From Candidatus Pyrohabitans sp. JdFR-17 (lineage in GTDB: Archaea; Hydrothermarchaeota; Hydrothermarchaeia; Hydrothermarchaeales; BMS3B), in NCBI GenBank assembly GCA_002011115.2, contig MTME02000068.1, positions 606-64,605 of the forward strand: a stretch of 64,000 nucleotides of DNA. Direction: 5' to 3'. The position numbers were made by a program, and so were the translations under genes. A model generated the notes under the pieces. It made no database searches. It worked only from the letters and a program-made list of their open reading frames with translations, and was not told the origin of the DNA. Numbering within the stretch: position 1 is the first letter of the stretch; each line of letters opens with the position of its first letter. Shown one piece after another: positions 36,345 through 46,600 of this stretch.

Positions 36345-37199
36345 ATGCTAAAAGAACTTATAATTTCGATGAGACCACAGCAATGGTATAAGAACTTAGT
36401 TTTATTTGCTGGTATTGTATTCTCCTTAAATCTATTAAACTTTCAGAAATGGCTTGATGTAATTTTTGCATTTATTATATTTTGCATGCTATCCGGTGGA
36501 GAATATATCATCAATGACATTTTAGACATTGAAAAGGATAGGAAACATCCCAAAAAGAAAACCAGACCAATTGCAACTGGTAAGTTAAAAGTGCTCTATG
36601 CCGCAATATTTGCGATAATATTGATTTTTGTTGGGTTATATGGTGCATATTTAATAAATGAGTTATTTTTTACGGTTTCGATGGCATATGTTCTATTGAC
36701 ACTTTCATATTCGATATTTCTGAAGAATATAATAATAGTTGATTTACTGGTTATATCTCTCGGCTTTGTCCTAAGAGCAGTTGCCGGATGCCTGGCTGTA
36801 AATGTATTTATTTCTCCTTGGCTAATAATTTGTGCCTTTTTACTGGCTTTATTTTTAGCACTTTGTAAAAGGAGGCATGAATTGACATTACTTGGAGAAG
36901 AAGCCAGAAATCACCGTAAAATTCTGGGAGAATATTCGGCTAAAATGCTTGATCAGATGATTAATATCACTACTGGTGCACTAATCATGTCATATTCCTT
37001 ATACACATTTCTTGCAGATAATATTTGGATGATGATGACAATTCCTTTGGTAATATATGGTCTTTTCAGATATTTGTTTTTGGTTTATGTGAAGAACATT
37101 GGAGGAGAACCAGAAATGCTGTTTAAGGATAAAGGAATGTTGATCAATATGTTTTTGTGGGTTGTTTTAGTTATTATTATACTCTATGGGACCCATTAA
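36345..37199 (+). CDS. UbiA-family prenyl-phosphate phosphoribosyltransferase (DPPR-synthase-like)
   Basis: NDILDIEKDRKHPKKKTRPIATG matches the NDxxDxxxDRxHPxKxxRPIAxG signature I recall for decaprenyl-phosphate phosphoribosyltransferase. Confidence 0.65.
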   Translation: MLKELIISMRPQQWYKNLVLFAGIVFSLNLLNFQKWLDVIFAFIIFCMLSGGEYIINDILDIEKDRKHPKKKTRPIATGKLKVLYAAIFAIILIFVGLYGAYLINELFFTVSMAYVLLTLSYSIFLKNIIIVDLLVISLGFVLRAVAGCLAVNVFISPWLIICAFLLALFLALCKRRHELTLLGEEARNHRKILGEYSAKMLDQMINITTGALIMSYSLYTFLADNIWMMMTIPLVIYGLFRYLFLVYVKNIGGEPEMLFKDKGMLINMFLWVVLVIIILYGTH

Positions 37200-37230
37200 G
37201 TTATGAGTTTCTAAGAAAAATGGTGGGAAA

Positions 37231-38160
37231 ATGGAATTCAGAAATAAAATAATAATCTCAGCACTAGCTGGTATTGCTATTTATGTAATCATTTCAATTT
37301 ATGCAGACATTAATAAATTATTTTTTACTCTAAGTAGCTTTAACTGGGCATATATACCTTTGATACTACTATTAACTCTTTTTAACTACGCATTAAGATT
37401 TTTAAAGTGGGATTATTATTTAAGATGCTTAAAAATCAAAATAAGTAGGAGAGATAGTGCAGGAATATTCTTAGGTGGACTATCCATGTCTATTACACCG
37501 GTAAAGTTGGGGGAGACATTTAAATCCTATCTTTTGAAAGAATTCCATGGTGTTGAAATTAGTAAGACAGTCCCGATAGTATTTGCAGAGCGCTTCACAG
37601 ATTTAATTGGATTAATAATCCTAGCTTCAATTGGTTATTCTGCTTTTAAGTATGGGAGGGAAGTACTACTAATCACAATTTTTGCTGTTTCTATAGTTAT
37701 TATAGTAATTCAATCAGAAAAAATGTTTGAAAAATTAGTAAACGTTCCTTTAATATCAAGATTTGCAGAAACATTGCGAAATTTATATTTAAGTGCTTAC
37801 ACACTTTTTAATATAAAAAATTTGATGATTGCAGTAGCACTAAGCATTTTTTCATGGTTTTTTGAATGTTTAGCTTTATTTTTTGTCCTAAAAGGGTTCA
37901 GATTGGATATAAATTTTCTTTTACCCATTTTCGCTTTTAGTTTCTCTACCATAGCAGGGGCTGTGAGTATGGTTCCCGGAGGCTTAGGTGTCGCTGAAAG
38001 TAGCATGGCAGGAATTTTGATCTTCAGTGGTATAACTAAGACCATAGCAATTGCATCAACTCTGATTATCAGATTTTGCACACTTTGGTTCGGTGTTTTA
38101 GTTGGACTTTTAACGTTATCTATATATGGCTTTAAATTTAAAAAAGGGATGGAATGTTAA
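37231..38160 (+). CDS. Second UPF0104 flippase-like membrane protein
   Basis: Paralog-like to 29140..30033 (LRFLKWDYYL..., VPGGLGVAE). Confidence 0.55.
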   Translation: MEFRNKIIISALAGIAIYVIISIYADINKLFFTLSSFNWAYIPLILLLTLFNYALRFLKWDYYLRCLKIKISRRDSAGIFLGGLSMSITPVKLGETFKSYLLKEFHGVEISKTVPIVFAERFTDLIGLIILASIGYSAFKYGREVLLITIFAVSIVIIVIQSEKMFEKLVNVPLISRFAETLRNLYLSAYTLFNIKNLMIAVALSIFSWFFECLALFFVLKGFRLDINFLLPIFAFSFSTIAGAVSMVPGGLGVAESSMAGILIFSGITKTIAIASTLIIRFCTLWFGVLVGLLTLSIYGFKFKKGMEC

Positions 38161-39767
38161 GGGTGGTGTTGCGGAGACACTGGCCGTTAATTATATCGAT
38201 GAGCTTCTTATGGATAATAGTAGCCATATTGCTGAATGCATCTCTAAGTAATAATCAAGGGCATCTCGTTTATGCCCTCGATGATCCATACATACATATG
38301 GCGATAGCAAAAAATTTTGCTCAACATGGAGTTTGGGGTGTGACAAAATATTATTTTTCATCTTCATCCTCTTCATTACTTTATCCATTAATACTGTCCC
38401 TAATCTTCTTCTTATTCGGAATAAGTGAAGTTGTTCCCCTTTTGTTGAATATTGTATTTGCAACCGCCACGGTTTGTCTAATTTATGTTTTGCTTAGTCG
38501 ATACCATTTCCATCTCTTTTACGTGTTTATTGTTCTATTTTCGATTATATTCTTTACACCCATCCCTCCGCTTATTTTTACCGGCATGGAGCATGTGTTA
38601 CATACACTTCTCACAATTTCCTTTGCGTATCTTTCAGCAAAAATTTTATCAAAAGGGCGCTTTGTAAATAAAGAACTTTCATTTTTAGTAATATTAGCAT
38701 TTCTCTTAACCATGACCCGATATGAGGGGTTATTTTTAATATTTGTTGTTGGTACTTTATTTATCATTAGGAGAAGATTATTCGAGTCTTTTTTGATAAT
38801 CATATCTGGTTTAATTCCAATTGCGATATACGGTATAATATCCATGATTAATGGGTGGTATTTCCTGCCAAATTCGCTTCTTATTAAAAGTAGCGTATTT
38901 ATGATTTCTTCAGAAGATTTTACAAAATTTTTAAATCTATTTGTAACACAAATACTGACAGAACACATTCTGAGTTTTGTATTAATCACTATAATTCTTT
39001 TGATCATTAAGTTTATTAGAAGAAAAAATATTTTCTGGAAAGAGGACACCATTCTGCTAGTTATTTTTATTTCAAATCTCATATTACATATGTTATTTGC
39101 TAGAGTTGGATGGTTCTTTAGATACGAAGCCTACTTAGTTGCCCTTGGTATATTTGCGATTGCTTTGGCGGTACATGAATATATACCAAAGAGAATACTG
39201 TTGAATAGACATTCAATTCCAAAATATGTGATAATCTCATTTTTAATTTTTGTACTTATATCACCTCTTGCCATAAGGGGATATGTATCTTTAATAACTA
39301 CTCCTCTGGCAACAACAAATATTTATCAGCAGCAGTATCAAATGGGCCTATTCCTAAGAGAATTCTATCAGGGGGAAGCTGTTGCTGCAAATGATATTGG
39401 CGCAATAAACTTCTTGGCAGATATCAAATGTTTGGATTTGTGGGGATTGGGTAATTTAGAAGTAACAAGAGCAAAGAGAGGCGGTTTTTATAATACAGAT
39501 TACATATATAATTTAGCGAAAAAGGAAAATGTTAAGATAGCGATTGTTTATGACCACTGGTTTACAAAATATGGAGGGACTCCTCCCCAGTGGATTAAGG
39601 TTGGAGAATGGAAAATCCAAAATAATGTGGTATGTGGAGGTGACACTGTATCCTTCTATGCGGTTGATCCAGAAGAAGAATATAGATTAATAGAAAATCT
39701 GAAGACATTTTCTACAAAAATACCGAGAAATATTGAACAGAGTGGAAAATACATTGAAAAATGGTGA
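38154..39767 (+). CDS. Large polytopic membrane protein, GT-C-like
   Basis: 537 aa. First loop YALDDPYIHMAIAKNFAQHGVWG, many TM segments, C-terminal soluble domain. Confidence 0.45.
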   Translation: MLRVVLRRHWPLIISMSFLWIIVAILLNASLSNNQGHLVYALDDPYIHMAIAKNFAQHGVWGVTKYYFSSSSSSLLYPLILSLIFFLFGISEVVPLLLNIVFATATVCLIYVLLSRYHFHLFYVFIVLFSIIFFTPIPPLIFTGMEHVLHTLLTISFAYLSAKILSKGRFVNKELSFLVILAFLLTMTRYEGLFLIFVVGTLFIIRRRLFESFLIIISGLIPIAIYGIISMINGWYFLPNSLLIKSSVFMISSEDFTKFLNLFVTQILTEHILSFVLITIILLIIKFIRRKNIFWKEDTILLVIFISNLILHMLFARVGWFFRYEAYLVALGIFAIALAVHEYIPKRILLNRHSIPKYVIISFLIFVLISPLAIRGYVSLITTPLATTNIYQQQYQMGLFLREFYQGEAVAANDIGAINFLADIKCLDLWGLGNLEVTRAKRGGFYNTDYIYNLAKKENVKIAIVYDHWFTKYGGTPPQWIKVGEWKIQNNVVCGGDTVSFYAVDPEEEYRLIENLKTFSTKIPRNIEQSGKYIEKW

Positions 39768-39773
39768 GTACAA

Positions 39774-40907
39774 ATGAAAAAGTCAAAAGTGGCTGTGTTA
39801 AAAACATCTCCTAAAAGTGTTTTGGAGGACTACTCAAAATTGATGCGCATGGTAGAATATGAGAAATTTCTGTCTAAAGATGTGAATACAATTTTAAAAC
39901 TCAACCTCTCCTGGACATTATTTTTCCCAGCATGCTCCACACCCCCATGGCAACTTGAAGGTATACTAAAAACTCTGAAAGAAGATGGTTACAATAAGGT
40001 AGTAGCAGTAGAAAATCAAACCGTAGTTACGCATCCTTGGAAGGGTGCATATTATAACAAATGGCTCCCTATTCTCGATAAATACAAAACCGCATTCAAG
40101 CCATTGACAGATGTTGAGTGGGTAAGGTTTGAACCCAGATCAGAGATGCTTGCGATGGATGATATTTTTGATAAAATACTAATACCAAAATTCTTCATCG
40201 GGAGCAACGTGATTCATCTACCGACTATGAAAACGCATGGACATACAACTACGACTGGGGCGATGAAAAATGCCTTTGGGGGTCTAATACCAAAATATAG
40301 ACATCATGCCCATCTAAAAATACATGAAATCCTCGTAGATTTACTAATTATCCAAAAAGAAATCCACAAAGGGATTTTTGCAGTTATGGATGGTTGCGTC
40401 TGCGGAAACGGTGCAGGACCAAGAACTATGGAGCCTTTTATCGGCAATATAATACTAGCAGGTGAAGACCAAGTAGCTTTGGACGCAATAGCCGCCAAGA
40501 TAATGGGATTTGATCCTTTGAAAGTGGATTATATTAAAATAGCTCACGATATGGGTTTAGGAATTGGAGATATCGACCAAATTGAAATTGTCGGCATTGA
40601 TAAAAGAGACATTAAAAAAATAAACTTCAATTTTAAAGTTAAAAAAAGCATGGTTATTAAGTGGGATCAGATTTTAAGGAAGAATACTGCAAATATCAGA
40701 TGGTTACATCGGCTTTTGTTTTATTCCCCTATATTTAAATTTTTTATTTTTTCATCTGAATTTTATCACGACCGGATTTGGTACAATTTAATAGGAAAAA
40801 TGAAAATAAGACAATTTATGGCAACTGAATGGGGTGAACTGTTTAATAAATATGAATATGGAGAATTTCCAAAGTTTAGGGAGGTAAAGGACTGGAGTCC
40901 TTATTAA
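39774..40907 (+). CDS. DUF362-like protein
   Basis: 377 aa. VAVLKTSP...ILKLNLSW...HLPTMKTHGHT...CGNGAGP resembles DUF362 (from memory). Confidence 0.4.
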   Translation: MKKSKVAVLKTSPKSVLEDYSKLMRMVEYEKFLSKDVNTILKLNLSWTLFFPACSTPPWQLEGILKTLKEDGYNKVVAVENQTVVTHPWKGAYYNKWLPILDKYKTAFKPLTDVEWVRFEPRSEMLAMDDIFDKILIPKFFIGSNVIHLPTMKTHGHTTTTGAMKNAFGGLIPKYRHHAHLKIHEILVDLLIIQKEIHKGIFAVMDGCVCGNGAGPRTMEPFIGNIILAGEDQVALDAIAAKIMGFDPLKVDYIKIAHDMGLGIGDIDQIEIVGIDKRDIKKINFNFKVKKSMVIKWDQILRKNTANIRWLHRLLFYSPIFKFFIFSSEFYHDRIWYNLIGKMKIRQFMATEWGELFNKYEYGEFPKFREVKDWSPY

Positions 40908-40929
40908 AAATAAGTAATCCACTGAGTAG

Positions 40930-41160
40930 TTAAAGATTACCTATCTCATTAGTCACACTATTCTGCGTAACCCCCCCTGTGAGAGCCACACTTTCTTTTG
41001 TTTTTTCTGCAGTTGTTCTTGCCATTTCCCTATAAATTGGTATAATGATAATAGCTGCAATAATAATGGCTCCTGCAAGGAGTATATATTCTATTGCCCC
41101 TTGTGCATTTATTTCTGTTATAAAAACGCGAATATTTCTTATGAAACTCCTGAATACCAT
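40930..41160 (-). CDS. Flp-like archaeal type IV pilin (class III signal peptide)
   Basis: INAQGAIEYILLAGAIIIAAIIII: QGA-IEY processing motif plus a hydrophobic helix. Short mature part. Confidence 0.75.
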   Translation of the reverse strand: MVFRSFIRNIRVFITEINAQGAIEYILLAGAIIIAAIIIIPIYREMARTTAEKTKESVALTGGVTQNSVTNEIGNL

Positions 41161-41217
41161 TTAATAAACCCCACCAGCCTTCAAAAATTAAAAAATAAAA
41201 AAGGAAGTAGCCTATAT

Positions 41218-41424
41218 TTAAAGATTCGCCAGCTCGTTCTCTACTGCGTTTTTAACACCAGCGCCTGCTTTCTCTACAGTATTCTGAGTCTGATTGCCAG
41301 CCGTTGATGCAATATTCTTATATATAACGAATATCACTACTGCAGCGACTATAATGCCGCCCGCCAGCAGGATGTACTCAATTGCGCCCTGAGCCTTTTC
41401 CTCTTTTAAAAATTTTTTTAACAT
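41218..41424 (-). CDS. Flp-like archaeal type IV pilin (class III signal peptide)
   Basis: KAQGAIEYILLAGGIIVAAVVIFVI. Paralog of 40930..41160. Confidence 0.75.
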   Translation of the reverse strand: MLKKFLKEEKAQGAIEYILLAGGIIVAAVVIFVIYKNIASTAGNQTQNTVEKAGAGVKNAVENELANL

Positions 41425-41531
41425 GTATCGGCACCTCCTTTAGAACAAGATTTAAAGAAAATTATAGTTCCACACCTATATATAACTCTCGGTTACGTGA
41501 GTGTATATCATGGGTTTACGCTGGTGCACAG

Positions 41532-42500
41532 CTAGAAGGCGGCAATCATCCCGGGCATAGCACTTTTTACGCCCAAGAAAACGAGATAAGCTATGACACC
41601 CATCGGAAGTGCAAATTTAAAACCTTTTTTAAAATCGCCATACATAACAACACCCATCATTATCCCCCCGCTTACTGCCTGAGCGAAAACATAGAACGAT
41701 AGAGCCGTCATGATGGAGTTTATTTCCTCCAATGGGAACTGCTCAGCTCCGCCAGTGCCCGCCATCGCCTGCGTCATAATCGTTGGCAACGACCCAACGA
41801 CCCCCATCACAAAAGGACCAGCCATTAAGCTGGCCATCGCAAGAAATGACACCTGCTGCGAAGTTAAAGATTTTCGCTCGCGCTGTATCATGCGCACAGC
41901 GCGTATGTCCTCGCTCACCTCCTCGAGTACATCGCTTATTGGTCCACCACTTTCTATCCCCTCGAGAAGCAGGCGCATTGCTCGCTCTATCTGCTTTGAA
42001 CCGGTTCGCTTGGAAAAGGCAAGAAGCGCATCCTTAAGAGGTCTCCCCCTGCGCATTTCAAGGGTTATCTGGGCAAACTCATCGCTCAGCGCTCCGTACT
42101 CTGCCTCTGCGATCTCCTGAATCACAGCCTCCAGCACCATGCCTGTGCGTATGGAAACCGCCATGTGGTGCAACGCGTCAGGAAGCATCTCCTCTATCTC
42201 TGCCCTTCGCTTATCTGCCTGCATCCTAGGAATAGCAATCATTAGCACCTCTGTGAATAAGAACGCGCCTATTCCAGCGAAGATGTTCATGATCAGCGAG
42301 ATTAGCACAAAAAGAACAACTCCCAGAGCAAAGAATATCCCCATCCACTCTCTCGCTGAAAAGGAGATATTTGCATTTGCAAGCATTATCTCCATAGAGA
42401 TGAGAAATCGCCTTGGTACAAGATAGTGGGGCACGCTCAGCTTACCCAGAATGCTTCGAAGTTTGCTAACCCTGACCTCTTCCTTTTCTGCCATTTTCAC
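41532..42500 (-). CDS. Pilus platform protein, single T2SSF domain (TadC/EpdK-like)
   Basis: 322 aa: TM, cytoplasmic helical T2SSF-like domain, then C-terminal TM segments. Overlaps the upstream platform gene. Confidence 0.7.
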   Translation of the reverse strand: MKMAEKEEVRVSKLRSILGKLSVPHYLVPRRFLISMEIMLANANISFSAREWMGIFFALGVVLFVLISLIMNIFAGIGAFLFTEVLMIAIPRMQADKRRAEIEEMLPDALHHMAVSIRTGMVLEAVIQEIAEAEYGALSDEFAQITLEMRRGRPLKDALLAFSKRTGSKQIERAMRLLLEGIESGGPISDVLEEVSEDIRAVRMIQRERKSLTSQQVSFLAMASLMAGPFVMGVVGSLPTIMTQAMAGTGGAEQFPLEEINSIMTALSFYVFAQAVSGGIMMGVVMYGDFKKGFKFALPMGVIAYLVFLGVKSAMPGMIAAF

Positions 42501-43633
42501 ACCTTTGGTTCAAAGCGTTTAACCATGAAGGACATGTAGATTCCAACACCGAAGAAAGTTAAATATAGAATCCACATAACATTCGCTGGGATGGGCAAAC
42601 CTTTCATTGCTATGCCCATTGCTATTACCAGTGTAGTTATGAGCACCGGCGCAACTACTATAGCAAACATGTACATTAGCGAGAATGTGTTTAGAATCTG
42701 AATGTAGTCTTTAAGTTTCATCCTCATTTCGGTTGCAACTTCCTCGGCGATTATCTTCAGCGTATTTGCAAGGTTTCCACCCGTGCGGAGGGTTGAGATT
42801 ATCTGCCTGGAAGCCTTCTTCAGTCCTGGGGAGTCTATACGCAGATTCATCCTGTCGTAGGCTTCCTCGATGGTGGCACCGCGCTCTATCTCCAGAATGG
42901 CTCGACGAAACTCCTCACTGAGCACGCCGTAGCCACTCTGAGCAACGCTGCGCATCGTCTCCAGCAAACCTGCGCCTGAAGTGAGCTGCGTCGCCATGTG
43001 GCGGAGAGCAAAGGGGAGTTCCCTTGAAAAGGCATCTGAACGTGCTTTAACCTTTGATTTTGGATAGATTCTTGCATAGAAGAACACAAAAATTCCAAGA
43101 AGAGGGCCAAGCACTATGCCGATGAGGGAGCCTATTGCACCAAGCATGGTGGCGAAAAGTATGCTGAAGAGCACCGCTGAAGCGATGGCGACAATGACGC
43201 TTGCCCCTATTGCAAAGGCGATATACTTCGAGGCAGGCATGATTATATTCGCCTTGTACAGGTCCTCCTGAATATTTGCAAAGAACGAGGAAGGCGCCCT
43301 TACGTAGCCTGAGAAAAGATCCGAAACTATATTAACAAGCCTCGTGGTAAAGGGCTCTTGCAATTCTTCGCGCTCAGGAATAATCTCAAGTGGCTCTTCT
43401 CCCGGAATCTCATCCTCTAGAGCAACGGCTTCGCGAAGCTTGAGTAGCTTCTCCTCGATGGCGCGCTTCCTAGCCTCTTTCTCTTTTTCCTTCTTCTCTC
43501 GTAGCTTTTTTGCAACCTCTTCCTGCTCAGATAAAGCGATAGATACCTCCTGGGCTCTCCTGGCAACGCTTTCCACACTAGTTACTGTGAGTTCCCCAAT
43601 CCTCTCTATCAGCCTTAAAATCATATTTGCCAT
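42497..43633 (-). CDS. Pilus platform protein, single T2SSF domain (TadB/EpdJ-like)
   Basis: 378 aa. N-terminal coiled coil, TM segments, T2SSF-like domain (LPFALRHMATQLTSGAGL). Confidence 0.7.
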   Translation of the reverse strand: MANMILRLIERIGELTVTSVESVARRAQEVSIALSEQEEVAKKLREKKEKEKEARKRAIEEKLLKLREAVALEDEIPGEEPLEIIPEREELQEPFTTRLVNIVSDLFSGYVRAPSSFFANIQEDLYKANIIMPASKYIAFAIGASVIVAIASAVLFSILFATMLGAIGSLIGIVLGPLLGIFVFFYARIYPKSKVKARSDAFSRELPFALRHMATQLTSGAGLLETMRSVAQSGYGVLSEEFRRAILEIERGATIEEAYDRMNLRIDSPGLKKASRQIISTLRTGGNLANTLKIIAEEVATEMRMKLKDYIQILNTFSLMYMFAIVVAPVLITTLVIAMGIAMKGLPIPANVMWILYLTFFGVGIYMSFMVKRFEPKV

Positions 43634-43634
43634 A

Positions 43635-46600
43635 TTACTCCCCTATGCTCTTATGAAGCTCAAGCTCATGGATAAATCCCTCCGGATCTGAGTAGTACTT
43701 GTTGAAAGTCTTTGAAACCTCTCTTATATCTGTTATATGGTTCTCCACCATCCATGATAAGACTTTCTCCCTTCTCCTGAGCTCTTCCTCGAGTTCTTTC
43801 ATGGAAATTCCTTTAAGGCGAGCTACTTTCTGTTTAAGCACACTTGGCACGCCAGTCGGCACGAGGTCGTCTTTTTTGGGATCCCACTCGTACACGTTGT
43901 TAAGACTGACTTTGCCATGTTCGTCGCTCACCACCTCTGCAACTTCTGTTATCCTTCGCAGGGTTTTGCCCTCATGGTAAATCTTGTTCTGCATGAGTAT
44001 TAGATCCAGGGCAGGAAGCATTATCTCGGGCACCTCCATGGGCGGATTTGTGAGCCTTATCAGCGTTTCCCTCGCTGAGTTAGCGTGCACAGTGCCCATG
44101 CAGCCGTCGTGGCCTGTGTTCATCGCTGTGAAAAGTGTTCTCGCCTCGCGCCCGCGAACTTCGCCCACGATGATGCGGTCGGGACGCATTCTGAGGGTAT
44201 TCTTCACCAAGTCGTCCATTGTAACCTCACCCACCCCTTCGACGTTGGGCGGGCGCGTTTCAAGGCGAACCACGTGTTCCACTGGCAAAGTGAGCTCTGC
44301 GGTATCCTCTATGGTTATAACGCGCTCAGTCTCGGGTATGAAGGAGCACAGCACATTGAGTGTCGTAGTCTTACCACTTCCAGAGCCACCTGCGGCTAGC
44401 ACATTACCTGGCTTTATACCCAGGCCTTCTACGACAAGCCATAGGTACGCCGCAACCTCTATGTTTAAGGTGCGGAACTCGATGAGGTTTACCACCGTCA
44501 AAGGATGGGAGCGGAACTTCCTTATTGTGATTGTGGGCCCATCCAGAGAGATGGGCGGTATTGTAGCGTTTACGCGGGAGCCGTCGCTAAGACGAGCGTC
44601 GAGCAGAGGAGAAGACTTGTCTATCCTCCTTCCTACAGAGGCAGCGATCTTCTCAATTATCCTTATTATCTCTTCATCGGTATCAAAGACAAGGTTTGTC
44701 CTGCAGTTTCCGTAGTCACGGTGGGTAACATACACAGGCTTCTTTGTGCCTATAACCATAATCTCCTCAAGCTGGTCATCGTTGAGCAGAAACTCCAGCA
44801 GGCTGTAGCCCACCATGTTGTTGACCACAAGCCTTGCTATATCCTTGCGCTTGGCGAGGCGCACCTCCGGGAAGTAGCGCTCTATAACCTCGAGAACACG
44901 CTGCATGAATATTCGCTTTCGCTCCTCTCTGTCGGGTATACTCTCCGGATCTATATTTATCTCCTTTACAGCGCGGTTCTCTATATCCTCAAGAAGTTGC
45001 TTTTCGCGAGAGGAGAGCTTGGGCAGAGGCACAAGGTAGCGGGGATTCTTCTCATTCTCCACCCTTACTATCTTGCGGTGGGCATTCTGGTCCAGCACTA
45101 TCTCCTTTGCTTCCTCTTCTTCACCACCCACTAGCAGCAGATAGATTCGCTTCCTCTCTCTTGGCTCCTCTTTTCCTTCCTCTTCCTGTTTCTGTATTCC
45201 AGCGATCTCCTGGAGGAGCCGCTCTGCATTGACGTAGTACTCCCTTATTATCCTCCCCACATCCTTAATGCTTCGCAGGTTGTTCTCCACCATGTATTCA
45301 AGCACGCGCTTCCTGCGCTCTATTTCGGCGTCCACTTCTTTAAGCGGGACGCCACGAAGCTCTGCAATTTTACTCTTCAAAACACAGGGCACGCCGGTGG
45401 GCTTTATGGTATCATCGCGGGGGTCCCACTCGTAGATTATGTTTATCTTCACCTCCCCGTTTTCGATCCCCACAACCTCGGCAATCTCAGTTATCCTTCG
45501 CACTGTCTTGCCCCTGTAGGAGAAGCGGTTTTGCATGAAGATGAAGTCCAGAGAGGGGATCATTATCTTTGGCACATTCATTGGCGCAGAGGTGAGTCTG
45601 GTAATCGTCTCGCGAGCGGTGTTCGCATGGAGAGTGCCCAGGCAGCCGTTCTGCCCAGTGTTCATTGCAGCAAGGAGGGTTCTCGCCTCAGCACCGCGCA
45701 CCTCGCCCACGATGATGCGGTCGGGACGCATGCGCAGCGTATTCTTGAGCAGCATCTCCATGTTTATCTCGCCCTTACCCTCGACGTTGGGCGGTCTAGT
45801 TTCGAGGCGAATCCAGTGCTCTATGGGCAGCTGAAGCTCGGCCGTATCCTCTATGGAGATGACCCTATCCGAGGGGGGAATAAAGCTGCCAAGGCAGTTT
45901 AGCGTGGTGGTCTTGCCGCTGCCCGTACCCCCGCTGACCAGGAAGTTCGCTGGTTTAACGCCGTAACCTTCGGCAACAAGCCAGAGAAAGGCGGCAAGCT
46001 CAGTGGTCATGGTTCCGAATTTTATTATGTCTACGACGGTAAGGGGATCCTTCCTGAACTTTCTTATTGTGAGCGAGGGACCATCTAGAGATACAGGCGG
46101 TATCGTAGCGTTTACGCGGGAGCCGTCGGGGAGACGAGCGTCGAGCAGAGGCGAGGTTAAATCTACTCGCCTGCCTATGCTCCTAGCTATGCGGTTGATT
46201 ATCTTCTCTATCTCCGCATCTGTCTCAAAAACTATATTGGTCTTACACATCCCGTGCTTGCGGTGGTACACATACACATGCTTCCTTGTTCCGACAACCA
46301 TTACCTCTTCCAGGGAGTCGTCGTTGAGCAGCGGCTCCAGCAAGCCATAGCCAATCATGTTCTGTACTATAAGCTCCGCAAAGGCGCTCTGCTTGTGCTT
46401 TGGTATCTCGGGATACCTGAGGTCTATTAGGGCGATGACCTCCTTGAGAAAAGCCTCTCTCTTCTTCTCCCTGTCCAGAAAGCTCTCTGGGTCAATGGTT
46501 ATCTCTGCCACAGCGCGGCGCTCAATCTCTTTTAGAATCTTCTTGTCTTCCTCGTCAAGTTCCGGCAGGAAAACAACATAGATGGGTAACTTTTCTCCAG

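Noticed and set aside
43984-45134. Several 100-243-aa plus-strand ORFs (43984..44715, 44085..44399, 44505..45134) inside the double ATPase gene
   Set aside because: They are antisense to a 1078-aa ORF with unmistakable ATPase motifs. Their Ser/Arg-rich low-complexity translations are typical antisense artefacts.
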